From assembly GCA_964057225.1 (NCBI GenBank), contig OZ059899.1, positions 18,910,001 to 18,974,000 on the forward strand: a stretch of 64,000 bases of DNA. The letters run 5' to 3'. Of the stretch, positions 40,579 to 53,915 are shown in pieces. Each line of letters starts with the position of its first letter. The stretch's first letter is position 1. A program made the translations under genes and the position numbers. Below the pieces are notes generated by a model. The model searched no databases, was not told where the DNA came from, and worked only from the letters and a program-made list of their open reading frames with translations. This stretch comes from Auanema rhodensis. Its lineage: Eukaryota; Animalia; Nematoda.

Positions 40579-43500
40579 TTGAAAAATGATGCATTAGTGT
40601 ATGTTGAGTTTCCATGTACACTCAACATTGCTTCCAAAAACATTTTTACAAAAATTTTTCCGAAAATTTTCGAAACAATTTCGCAAAAAGTAGATGTTTT
40701 TAGATTCCTTTTTTCAAGGCAAAGACGATGGACATTGTTATTCAACGAAAAAATTAATTCTGCAGGGTGAAAATCGAGGATATAAGTGTGAACTTATATC
40801 AGTTGAAATCTCGGTGCATTTTTAAGCTAGCGCAAATCTGATAACACAGATCGACGCAGCTTAAAAATCCGCATCGAATGCACTATACAACATTGAGAAA
40901 CGCTTAATACAAAAATTAGTTATGATCGTTTGAAAAATGATGCATTAGTGTATGTTGAGTTTCCATGTACACTCAACATTGCTTCCAAAAACATTTTTAC
41001 AAAAATTTTTCCGAAAATTTTCGAAACAATTTCGCAAAAAGTAGATGTTTTTAGATTTCTTTTTTCAAGGCGAAGACGATGGACATTGTTATTCAACGAA
41101 AAAATTAATTCTGCAGGGTGAAAATCGAGGATATAAGTGTGAACTTATATCAGTTGAAATCTCGGTGCATTTTTAAGCTAGCGCAAATCTGATAACACAG
41201 ATCGACGCAGCTTAAAAATCCGCATCGAATGCACTATACAACATTGAGAAACGCTTAATACAAAAATTAGTTATGATCGTTTGAAAAAAGATGCATTAGT
41301 GTATGTTGAGTTTCCATGTACACTCAACATTGCTTCCAAAAACATTTTGACAAAAATTTTACCGAAAAATTTCAAAATAATTTCGCAAAAAATAGAAGTT
41401 TTTAGATTCCTTTTTTCAAGGCAAAGACGATGGACAATGTTATTCAACGAAAAAATTAATTCTGCAGAGTGAAAATCGAGGATATAAGTGTGAACTTATA
41501 TCAGTTGACATCTCGGTGAATTTTTAAGCTAGCGCAAATCTGATAACACAGATCGACGCAGCTTAAAAATCCGCATCGAATGCACTATACAACATTGAGA
41601 AACGCTTAATACAAAAATTAGTTATGATCGTTTGAAAAATGATGCATTAGTGTATGTTGAGTTTCCATGTACACTCAACATTGCTTCCAAAAACATTTTG
41701 ACAAAAATTTTTTCGAAAAATTTCAGAATATTTTAGCAAAAAATAGTTGTTTTTAGATTCCTTTTCTCAAGGCAAAGACGATGGACAATGTTATTCAACG
41801 AAAAAATTAATTCTGCAGGGTGAAAATCGAGGATATAAGTGTGAACTTATATCAGTTGATATCTCGGTGAATTTTTAAGCTAGCGCAAATCTGATAAAAC
41901 AGATCGACGCAGCTTAAAAATCCGCATCGAATGCACTATACAACATTGAGAAACGCTTAATACAAAAATTAGTTATGATCGTTTGAAAAATGATGCATTA
42001 GTGTATGTTGAGTTTCCATGTACACTCAACATTGCTTCCAAAAACATTTTTACAAAAATTTTTCCGAAAATTTTCGGAACAATTTCGCAAAAAGTAGATG
42101 TTTTTAGATTCCTTTTTTTAAGGCAAAGACGATGGACATTGTTATTCAACGAAAAAATTAATTCTGCAGGGTGAAAATCGAGGATATAAGTGTGAACTTA
42201 TATCAGTTGAAATCTCGGTGCATTTTTAAGCTAGCGCAAATCTGATAAAACAGATCGACGCAGCTTAAAAATCCGCATCGAATGCACTATACAACATTGA
42301 GAAACGCTTAATACAAAAATTAGTTATGATCGTTTGAAAAATGATGCATTAGTGTATGTTGAGTTTCCATGTACACTCAACATTGCTTCCAAAAACATTT
42401 TTACAAAAATTTTTCCGAAAATTTTCGTAACAATTTCGCAAAAAGTAGATGTTTTTAGATTCCTTTTTTCAAGGCAAAGACGATGGACATTGTTATTCAA
42501 CGAAAAAATTAATTCTGCAGGGTGAAAATCGAGGATATAAGTGTGAACTTATATCAGTTGAAATCTCGGTGCATTTTTAAGCTAGCGCAAATCTGATAAC
42601 ACAGATCGACGCAGCTTAAAAATCCGCATCGAATGCACTATACAACATTGAGAAACGCTTAATACAAAAATTAGTTATGATCGTTTGAAAAATGATGCAT
42701 TAGTGTATGTTGAGTTTCCATGTACACTCAACATTGCTTCCAAAAACATTTTTACAAAAATTTTTCCGAAAATTTTCGAAACAATTTCGCAGAAAGTAGA
42801 TGTTTTTAGATTTCTTTTTTCAAGGCGAAGACGATGGACATTGTTATTCAACGAAAAAATTAATTCTGCAGGGTGAAAATCGAGGATATAAGTGTGAACT
42901 TATATCAGTTGAAATCTCGGTGCATTTTTAAGCTAGCGCAAATCTGATAACACAGATCGACGCAGCTTAAAAATCCGCATCGAATGCACTATACAACATT
43001 GAGAAACGCTTAATACAAAAATTAGTTATGATCGTTTGAAAAAAGATGCATTAGTGTATGTTGAGTTTCCATGTACACTCAACATTGCTTCCAAAAACAT
43101 TTTGACAAAAATTTTACCGAAAAATTTCAAAATAATTTCGCAAAAAATAGAAGTTTTTAGATTCCTTTTTTCAAGGCAAAGACGATGGACAATGTTATTC
43201 AACGAAAAAATTAATTCTGCAGAGTGAAAATCGAGGATATAAGTGTGAACTTATATCAGTTGACATCTCGGTGAATTTTTAAGCTAGCGCAAATCTGATA
43301 ACACAGATCGACGCAGCTTAAAAATCCGCATCGAATGCACTATACAACATTGAGAAACGCTTAATACAAAAATTAGTTATGATCGTTTGAAAAATGATGC
43401 ATTAGTGTATGTTGAGTTTCCATGTACACTCAACATTGCTTCCAAAAACATTTTGACAAAAATTTTTTCGAAAAATTTCAGAATATTTTAGCAAAAAATA

Positions 43501-44088
43501 GTTGTTTTTAGATTCCTTTTCTCAAGGCAAAGACGATGGACAATGTTATTCAACGAAAAAATTAATTCTGCAGGGTGAAAATCGAGGATATAAGTGTGAA
43601 CTTATATCAGTTGATATCTCGGTGAATTTTTAAGCTAGCGCAAATCTGATAAAACAGATCGACGCAGCTTAAAAATCCGCATCGAATGCACTATACAACA
43701 TTGAGAAACGCTTAATACAAAAATTAGTTATGATCGTTTGAAAAATGATGCATTAGTGTATGTTGAGTTTCCATGTACACTCAACATTGCTTCCAAAAAC
43801 ATTTTTACAAAAATTTTTCCGAAAATTTTCGGAACAATTTCGCAAAAAGTAGATGTTTTTAGATTCCTTTTTTTAAGGCAAAGACGATGGACATTGTTAT
43901 TCAACGAAAAAATTAATTCTGCAGGGTGAAAATCGAGGATATAAGTGTGAACTTATATCAGTTGAAATCTCGGTGCATTTTTAAGCTAGCGCAAATCTGA
44001 TAACACAGATCGACGCAGCTTAAAAATCCGCATCGAATGCACTATACAACATTGAGAAACGCTTAATACAAAAATTAGTTATGATCGT
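40579..44088 (+). repeat. Tandem duplication with 5-monomer (1755 bp) period
   Basis: GACATC at 41509/43264. Monomers 40930/42685, 41281/43036 and 41983/43738 match. Confidence 0.87.
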
Positions 44089-45140
44089 TTGAAAAATGAT
44101 GCATTAGTGTATGTTGAGTTTCCATGTACACTCAACATTGCTTCCAAAAACATTTTTACAAAAATTTTTCCGAAAAATTTCAGAATATTTTAGCAAAAAA
44201 TAGTTGTTTTTAGATTCCTTTTCTCAAGGCAAAGACGATGGACAATGTTATTCAACGAAAAAATTAATTCTGCAGGGTGAAAATCGAGGATATAAGTGTG
44301 AACTTATATCAGTTGATATCTCGGTGAATTTTTAAGCTAGCGCAAATCTGATAACACAGATCGACGCAGCTTAAAAATCCGCATCGAATGCACTATACTA
44401 CATTGAGAAACGCTTAATACAAAAATTAGTTATGATCGTTTGAAAAATGATGCATTAGTGTATGTTGAGTTTCCATGTACACTCAACATTGCTTCAAAAA
44501 CATTTTGACAAAAATTTTTCCGAAAAATTTCAAAATAATTTTGCAAAAAGTAGATGTTTTTAGATTCCTTTTTTCAAGGCAAAGACGATGGACTTTGTTA
44601 TTCAACGAAAAAATTAATTCTTCAGGGTGAAAATCGAGGATATAAGTGTGAACTTATATCAGTTGATATCTCGGTGCATTTTTAAGCTAGCGCAAATCTG
44701 ATAACACAGATCGACAAAGCTTAAAAATCCGCATCGAATGCACTATACAACATTGAGAAACGCTTAATACAAAAATTAGTTATGATCGTTTGAAAAATGA
44801 TGCATTAGTGTATGTTGAGTTTCCATGTACACTCAACATTGCTTCCAAAAACATTTTGACAAAAATTTTTTCGAAAAATTTCAGAATATTTTAGCAAAAA
44901 ATAGTTGTTTTTAGATTCCTTTTCTCAAGGCAAAGACGATGGACAATGTTATTCAACGAAAAAATTAATTCTGCAGGGTGAAAATCGAGGATATAAGTGT
45001 GAACTTATATCAGTTGATATCTCGGTGAATTTTTAAGCTAGCGCAAATCTGATAAAACAGATCAACGCAGCTTAAAAATCCGCATCGAATGCACTATACA
45101 ACATTGAGAAACGCTCAATACAAAAATTAGTTATGATCGT

Positions 45141-48100
45141 TTGAAAAAAGATGCATTAGTGTATGTTGAGTTTCCATGTACACTCAACATTGCTTCCAAA
45201 AACATTTTGACAAAAATTTTACCGAAAAATTTCAAAATAATTTCGCAAAAAATAGAAGTTTTTAGATTCCTTTTTTCAAGGCAAAGACGATGGACAATGT
45301 TATTCAACGAAAAAATTAATTCTGCAGGGTGAAAATCGAGGATATAAGTGTGAACTTATATCAGTTGATATCTCGGTGCATTTTTAAGCTAACGCAAATC
45401 TGATAACACAGATCGACGCAGCTTAAAAATCCGCATCGAATGCACTATACTACATTGAGAAACGCTTAATACAAAAATTAGTTATGATCGTTTGAAAATT
45501 GATGCATTAGTGTATGTTGAGTTTCCATGTACACTCAACATTGCTTCCAAAAACATTTTTACAAAAATTTTTCCGAAAATTTTCGGAACAATTTCGCAAA
45601 AAGTAGATGTTTTTAGATTCCTTTTTTTAAGGCAAAGACGATGGACATTGTTATTCAACGAAAAAATTAATTCTGCAGGGTGAAAATCGAGGATATAAGT
45701 GTGAACTTATATCAGTTGAAATCTCGGTGCATTTTTAAGCTAGCGCAAATCTGATAACACAGATCGACGCAGCTTAAAAATCCGCATCGAATGCACTATA
45801 CAACATTGAGAAACGCTTAATACAAAAATTAGTTATGATCGTTTGAAAAATGATGCATTAGTGTATGTTGAGTTTCCATGTACACTCAACATTGCTTCCA
45901 AAAACATTTTTACAAAAATTTTTCCGGAAAATTTCGAAACAATTTCGCAAAAAGTAGATGTTTTTAGATTCCTTTTTCCAAGGCAAAGACGATGGACAAT
46001 GTTATTCAACGAAAAAATTAATTCTGCAGGGTGAAAATCGAGGATATAAGTGTGAACTTATATCAGTTGATATCTCGGTGCATTTTTAAGCTAGCGCAAA
46101 TCTGATAACACAGATCGACAAAGCTTAAAAATCCGCATCGAATGCACTATACAACATTGAGAAACGCTTAATACAAAAATTAGTTATGATCGTTTGAAAA
46201 ATGATGCATTAGTGTATGTTGAGTTTCCATGTACACTCAACATTGCTTCCAAAAACATTTTGACAAAAATTTTTTCGAAAAATTTCAGAATATTTTAGCA
46301 AAAAATAGTTGTTTTTAGATTCCTTTTCTCAAGGCAAAGACGATGGACAATGTTATTCAACGAAAAAATTAATTCTGCAGGGTGAAAATCGAGGATATAA
46401 GTGTGAACTTATATCAGTTGATATCTCGGTGAATTTTTAAGCTAGCGCAAATCTGATAAAACAGATCAACGCAGCTTAAAAATCCGCATCGAATGCACTA
46501 TACAACATTGAGAAACGCTTAATACAAAAATTAGTTATGATCGTTTGAAAAAAGATGCATTAGTGTATGTTGAGTTTCCATGTATACTCAACATTGCTTC
46601 CAAAAACATTTTGACAAAAATTTTTCCGAAAAATTTCGAAATAATTTCGCAAAAAATAGAAGTTTTTAGATTTCTTTTTTCAAGGCAAAGACGATGGACA
46701 ATGTTATTCAACGAAAAAATTAATTCTGCAGAGTGAAAATCGAGGATATAAGTGTGAACTTATATCAGTTGATATCTCTGTGAATTTTTAAGCTAGCGCA
46801 AATCTGATAAAACAGATCGACGCAGCTTAAAAATCCGCATCGAATGCACTATACAACATTGAGAAACGCTTAATACAAAAATTAGTTATGATCGTTTGAA
46901 AAAAGATGCATTAGTGTATGTTGAGTTTCCATGTATACTCAACATTGCTTCCAAAAACATTTTGACAAAAATTTTTCCGAAAAATTTCAAAATAATTTCG
47001 CAAAAAATAGAAGTTTTTAGATTCCTTTTTTCAAGGCAAAGACGATGGACAATGTTATTCAACGAAAAAATTAATTCTGCAGAGTGAAAATCGAGGATAT
47101 AAGTGTGAACTTATATCAGTTGATATCTCGGTGAATTTTTAAGCTAGCGCAAATCTGATAACACAGATCGACGCAGCTTAAAAATCCGCATCGAATGCAC
47201 TATACAACATTCAGAAACGCTTAATACAAAAATTAGTTATGATCGTTTGAAAAATGATGCATTAGTGTATGTTGAGTTTCCATGTACACTCAACATTGCT
47301 TCCAAAAACATTTTGACAAAAATTTTACCGAAAAATTTCAAAATAATTTCGCAAAAAATAGAAGTTTTTAGATTCCTTTTTTCAAGGCAAAGACGATGGA
47401 CAATGTTATTCAACGAAAAAATTAATTCTGCAGGGTGAAAATCGAGGATATAAGTGTGAACTTATATCAGTTGATATCTCGGTGCATTTTTAAGCTAGCG
47501 CAAATCTGATAACACAGATCGACGCAGCTTAAAAATCCGCATCGAATGCACTATACTACATTGAGAAACGCTTAATACAAAAATTAGTTATGATCGTTTG
47601 AAAATTGATGCATTAGTGTATGTTGAGTTTCCATGTACACTCAACATTGCTTCCAAAAACATTTTTACAAAAATTTTTCCGAAAATTTTCGGAACAATTT
47701 CGCAAAAAGTAGATGTTTTTAGATTCCTTTTTTTAAGGCAAAGACGATGGACATTGTTATTCAACGAAAAAATTAATTCTGCAGGGTGAAAATCGAGGAT
47801 ATAAGTGTGAACTTATATCAGTTGAAATCTCGGTGCATTTTTAAGCTAGCGCAAATCTGATAACACAGATCGACGCAGCTTAAAAATCCGCATCGAATGC
47901 ACTATACAACATTGAGAAACGCTTAATACAAAAATTAGTTATGATCGTTTGAAAAATGATGCATTAGTGTATGTTGAGTTTCCATGTACACTCAACATTG
48001 CTTCCAAAAACATTTTTACAAAAATTTTTCCGGAAAATTTCGAAACAATTTCGCAAAAAGTAGATGTTTTTAGATTCCTTTTTCCAAGGCAAAGACGATG

Positions 48101-48650
48101 GACAATGTTATTCAACGAAAAAATTAATTCTGCAGGGTGAAAATCGAGGATATAAGTGTGAACTTATATCAGTTGATATCTCGGTGCATTTTTAAGCTAG
48201 CGCAAATCTGATAACACAGATCGACAAAGCTTAAAAATCCGCATCGAATGCACTATACAACATTGAGAAACGCTTAATACAAAAATTAGTTATGATCGTT
48301 TGAAAAATGATGCATTAGTGTATGTTGAGTTTCCATGTACACTCAACATTGCTTCCAAAAACATTTTGACAAAAATTTTTTCGAAAAATTTCAGAATATT
48401 TTAGCAAAAAATAGTTGTTTTTAGATTCCTTTTCTCAAGGCAAAGACGATGGACAATGTTATTCAACGAAAAAATTAATTCTGCAGGGTGAAAATCGAGG
48501 ATATAAGTGTGAACTTATATCAGTTGATATCTCGGTGAATTTTTAAGCTAGCGCAAATCTGATAAAACAGATCAACGCAGCTTAAAAATCCGCATCGAAT
48601 GCACTATACAACATTGAGAAACGCTTAATACAAAAATTAGTTATGATCGT
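45141..48650 (+). repeat. Duplication with 6-monomer (2106 bp) period
   Basis: AAAATTGAT variant in monomers 45492/47598 and GACAAAGC at 46120/48226. Confidence 0.82.
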
Positions 48651-51600
48651 TTGAAAAAAGATGCATTAGTGTATGTTGAGTTTCCATGTACACTCAACAT
48701 TGCTTCCAAAAACATTTTGACAAAAATTTTACCGAAAAATTTCAAAATAATTTCGCAAAAAATAGAAGTTTTTAGATTCCTTTTTTCAAGGCAAAGACGA
48801 TGGACAATGTTATTCAACGAAAAAATTAATTCTGCAGAGTGAAAATCGAGGATATAAGTGTGAACTTATATCAGTTGATATCTCTGTGAATTTTTAAGCT
48901 AGCGCAAATCTGATAAAACAGATCAACGCAGCTTAAAAATCCGCATCGAATGCACTATACAACATTGAGAAACGCTTAATACAAAAATTAGTTATGATCG
49001 TTTGAAAAAAGATGCATTAGTGTATGTTGAGTTTCCATGTATACTCAACATTGCTTCCAAAAACATTTTGACAAAAATTTTTCCGAAAAATTTCGAAATA
49101 ATTTCGCAAAAAATAGAAGTTTTTAGATTTCTTTTTTCAAGGCAAAGACGATGGACAATGTTATTCAACGAAAAAATTAATTCTGCAGAGTGAAAATCGA
49201 GGATATAAGTGTGAACTTATATCAGTTGATATCTCTGTGAATTTTTAAGCTAGCGCAAATCTGATAAAACAGATCGACGCAGCTTAAAAATCCGCATCGA
49301 ATGCACTATACAACATTGAGAAACGCTTAATACAAAAATTAGTTATGATCGTTTGAAAAAAGATGCATTAGTGTATGTTGAGTTTCCATGTATACTCAAC
49401 ATTGCTTCCAAAAACATTTTGACAAAAATTTTTCCGAAAAATTTCAAAATAATTTCGCAAAAAATAGAAGTTTTTAGATTCCTTTTTTCAAGGCAAAGAC
49501 GATGGACAATGTTATTCAACGAAAAAATTAATTCTGCAGAGTGAAAATCGAGGATATAAGTGTGAACTTATATCAGTTGATATCTCGGTGAATTTTTAAG
49601 CTAGCGCAAATCTGATAACACAGATCGACGCAGCTTAAAAATCCGCATCGAATGCACTATACAACATTCAGAAACGCTTAATACAAAAATTAGTTATGAT
49701 CGTTTGAAAAATGATGCATTAGTGTATGTTGAGTTTCCATGTACACTCAACATTGCTTCCAAAAACATTTTGACAAAAATTTTTTCGAAAAATTTCAGAA
49801 TATTTTAGCAAAAAATAGTTGTTTTTAGATTCCTTTTCTCAAGGCAAAGACGATGGACAATGTTATTCAACGAAAAAATTAATTCTGCAGGGTGAAAATC
49901 GAGGATATAAGTGTGAACTTATATCAGTTGATATCTCGGTGAATTTTTAAGCTAGCGCAAATCTGATAAAACAGATCGACGCAGCTTAAAAATCCGCATC
50001 GAATGCACTATACAACATTGAGAAACGCTTAATACAAAAATTAGTTATGATCGTTTGAAAAATGATGCATTAGTGTATGTTGAGTTTCCATGTACACTCA
50101 ACATTGCTTCCAAAAACATTTTTACAAAAATTTTTCCGAAAAATTTCGAAACAATTTCGCAAAAAGTAGATGTTTTTAGATTCCTTTTTTCAAGGCAAAG
50201 ACGATGGACTATGTTATTCAACGAAAATATTAATTCTGCAGGGTGAAAATCGAGGATATAAGTGTGAACTTATATCAGTTGATATCTCGGTGCATTTTTA
50301 AGCTAGCGCAAATCTGTTAACACAGATCGACGCAGCTTAAAAATCCGCATCGAATGCACTATACTACATTGAGAAACGCTTAATACAAAAATTAGTTATG
50401 ATCGTTTGCAAAATGATGCATTAGTGTATGTTGAGTTTCCATGTACACTCAACATTGCTTCCAAAAACATTTTTACAAAAATTTTTCCGAAAAATTTCGA
50501 AATAATTTCGCAGAAAGTAGATGTTTTTAGATTCCTTTTTTCAAGGCAAAGACGATGGACATTGTTATTCAACGAAAAAATTAATTCTGCAGGGTGAAAA
50601 TCGAGGATATAAGTGTAAACTTATATCAGTTGATATCTCGGTGCATTTTTAAGCTAGCGCAAATCTGATAAAACAGATCGACGCAGCTTAAAAATCCGCA
50701 TCGAATGCACTATACAACATTGAGAAACGCTTAATACAAAAATTAGTTATGATCGTTTGAAAAAAGATGCATTAGTGTATGTTGAGTTTCCATGTATACT
50801 CAACATTGCTTCCAAAAACATTTTGACAAAAATTTTACCGAAAAATTTCAAAATAATTTCGCAAAAAATAGAAGTTTTTAGATTCCTTTTTTCAAGGCAA
50901 AGACGATGGACAATGTTATTCAACGAAAAAATTAATTCTGCAGAGTGAAAATCGAGGATATAAGTGTGAACTTATATCAGTTGATATCTCTGTGAATTTT
51001 TAAGCTAGCGCAAATCTGATAAAACAGATCGACGCAGCTTAAAAATCCGCATCGAATGCACTATACAACATTGAGAAACGCTTAATACAAAAATTAGTTA
51101 TGATCGTTTGAAAAAAGATGCATTAGTGTATGTTGAGTTTCCATGTATACTCAACATTGCTTCCAAAAACATTTTGACAAAAATTTTTCCGAAAAATTTC
51201 AAAATAATTTCGCAAAAAATAGAAGTTTTTAGATTCCTTTTTTCAAGGCAAAGACGATGGACAATGTTATTCAACGAAAAAATTAATTCTGCAGAGTGAA
51301 AATCGAGGATATAAGTGTGAACTTATATCAGTTGATATCTCGGTGAATTTTTAAGCTAGCGCAAATCTGATAACACAGATCGACGCAGCTTAAAAATCCG
51401 CATCGAATGCACTATACAACATTGAGAAACGCTTAATACAAAAATTAGTTATGATCGTTTGAAAAATGATGCATTAGTGTATGTTGAGTTTCCATGTACA
51501 CTCAACATTGCTTCCAAAAACATTTTGACAAAAATTTTTTCGAAAAATTTCAGAATATTTTAGCAAAAAATAGTTGTTTTTAGATTCCTTTTCTCAAGGC

Positions 51601-53915
51601 AAAGACGATGGACAATGTTATTCAACGAAAAAATTAATTCTGCAGGGTGAAAATCGAGGATATAAGTGTGAACTTATATCAGTTGATATCTCGGTGAATT
51701 TTTAAGCTAGCGCAAATCTGATAAAACAGATCAACGCAGCTTAAAAATCCGCATCGAATGCACTATACAACATTGAGAAACGCTTAATACAAAAATTAGT
51801 TATGATCGTTTGAAAAAAGATGCATTAGTGTATGTTGAGTTTCCATGTACACTCAACATTGCTTCCAAAAACATTTTGACAAAAATTTTACCGAAAAATT
51901 TCAAAATAATTTCGCAAAAAATAGAAGTTTTTAGATTCCTTTTTTCAAGGCAAAGACGATGGACAATGTTATTCAACGAAAAAATTAATTCTGCAGAGTG
52001 AAAATCGAGGATATAAGTGTGAACTTATATCAGTTGATATCTCTGTGAATTTTTAAGCTAGCGCAAATCTGATAAAACAGATCAACGCAGCTTAAAAATC
52101 CGCATCGAATGCACTATACAACATTGAGAAACGCTTAATACAAAAATTAGTTATGATCGTTTGAAAAAAGATGCATTAGTGTATGTTGAGTTTCCATGTA
52201 TACTCAACATTGCTTCCAAAAACATTTTGACAAAAATTTTTCCGAAAAATTTCGAAATAATTTCGCAAAAAATAGAAGTTTTTAGATTTCTTTTTTCAAG
52301 GCAAAGACGATGGACAATGTTATTCAACGAAAAAATTAATTCTGCAGAGTGAAAATCGAGGATATAAGTGTGAACTTATATCAGTTGATATCTCTGTGAA
52401 TTTTTAAGCTAGCGCAAATCTGATAAAACAGATCGACGCAGCTTAAAAATCCGCATCGAATGCACTATACAACATTGAGAAACGCTTAATACAAAAATTA
52501 GTTATGATCGTTTGAAAAAAGATGCATTAGTGTATGTTGAGTTTCCATGTATACTCAACATTGCTTCCAAAAACATTTTGACAAAAATTTTTCCGAAAAA
52601 TTTCAAAATAATTTCGCAAAAAATAGAAGTTTTTAGATTCCTTTTTTCAAGGCAAAGACGATGGACAATGTTATTCAACGAAAAAATTAATTCTGCAGAG
52701 TGAAAATCGAGGATATAAGTGTGAACTTATATCAGTTGATATCTCGGTGAATTTTTAAGCTAGCGCAAATCTGATAACACAGATCGACGCAGCTTAAAAA
52801 TCCGCATCGAATGCACTATACAACATTCAGAAACGCTTAATACAAAAATTAGTTATGATCGTTTGAAAAATGATGCATTAGTGTATGTTGAGTTTCCATG
52901 TACACTCAACATTGCTTCCAAAAACATTTTGACAAAAATTTTTTCGAAAAATTTCAGAATATTTTAGCAAAAAATAGTTGTTTTTAGATTCCTTTTCTCA
53001 AGGCAAAGACGATGGACAATGTTATTCAACGAAAAAATTAATTCTGCAGGGTGAAAATCGAGGATATAAGTGTGAACTTATATCAGTTGATATCTCGGTG
53101 AATTTTTAAGCTAGCGCAAATCTGATAAAACAGATCGACGCAGCTTAAAAATCCGCATCGAATGCACTATACAACATTGAGAAACGCTTAATACAAAAAT
53201 TAGTTATGATCGTTTGAAAAATGATGCATTAGTGTATGTTGAGTTTCCATGTACACTCAACATTGCTTCCAAAAACATTTTTACAAAAATTTTTCCGAAA
53301 AATTTCGAAACAATTTCGCAAAAAGTAGATGTTTTTAGATTCCTTTTTTCAAGGCAAAGACGATGGACTATGTTATTCAACGAAAATATTAATTCTGCAG
53401 GGTGAAAATCGAGGATATAAGTGTGAACTTATATCAGTTGATATCTCGGTGCATTTTTAAGCTAGCGCAAATCTGTTAACACAGATCGACGCAGCTTAAA
53501 AATCCGCATCGAATGCACTATACTACATTGAGAAACGCTTAATACAAAAATTAGTTATGATCGTTTGCAAAATGATGCATTAGTGTATGTTGAGTTTCCA
53601 TGTACACTCAACATTGCTTCCAAAAACATTTTTACAAAAATTTTTCCGAAAAATTTCGAAATAATTTCGCAGAAAGTAGATGTTTTTAGATTCCTTTTTT
53701 CAAGGCAAAGACGATGGACATTGTTATTCAACGAAAAAATTAATTCTGCAGGGTGAAAATCGAGGATATAAGTGTAAACTTATATCAGTTGATATCTCGG
53801 TGCATTTTTAAGCTAGCGCAAATCTGATAACACAGATCGACGCAGCTTAAAAATCCGCATCGAATGCACTATACTACATTGAGAAACGCTTAATACAAAA
53901 ATTAGTTATGATCGT
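48300..53915 (+). repeat. Duplication with 9-monomer (3159 bp) period
   Basis: Private variants AAAATATT (monomers 50055/53214), TTGCAAAAT (50406/53565), CTGTTAAC and GTGTAAAC (50617/53776). Confidence 0.88.
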
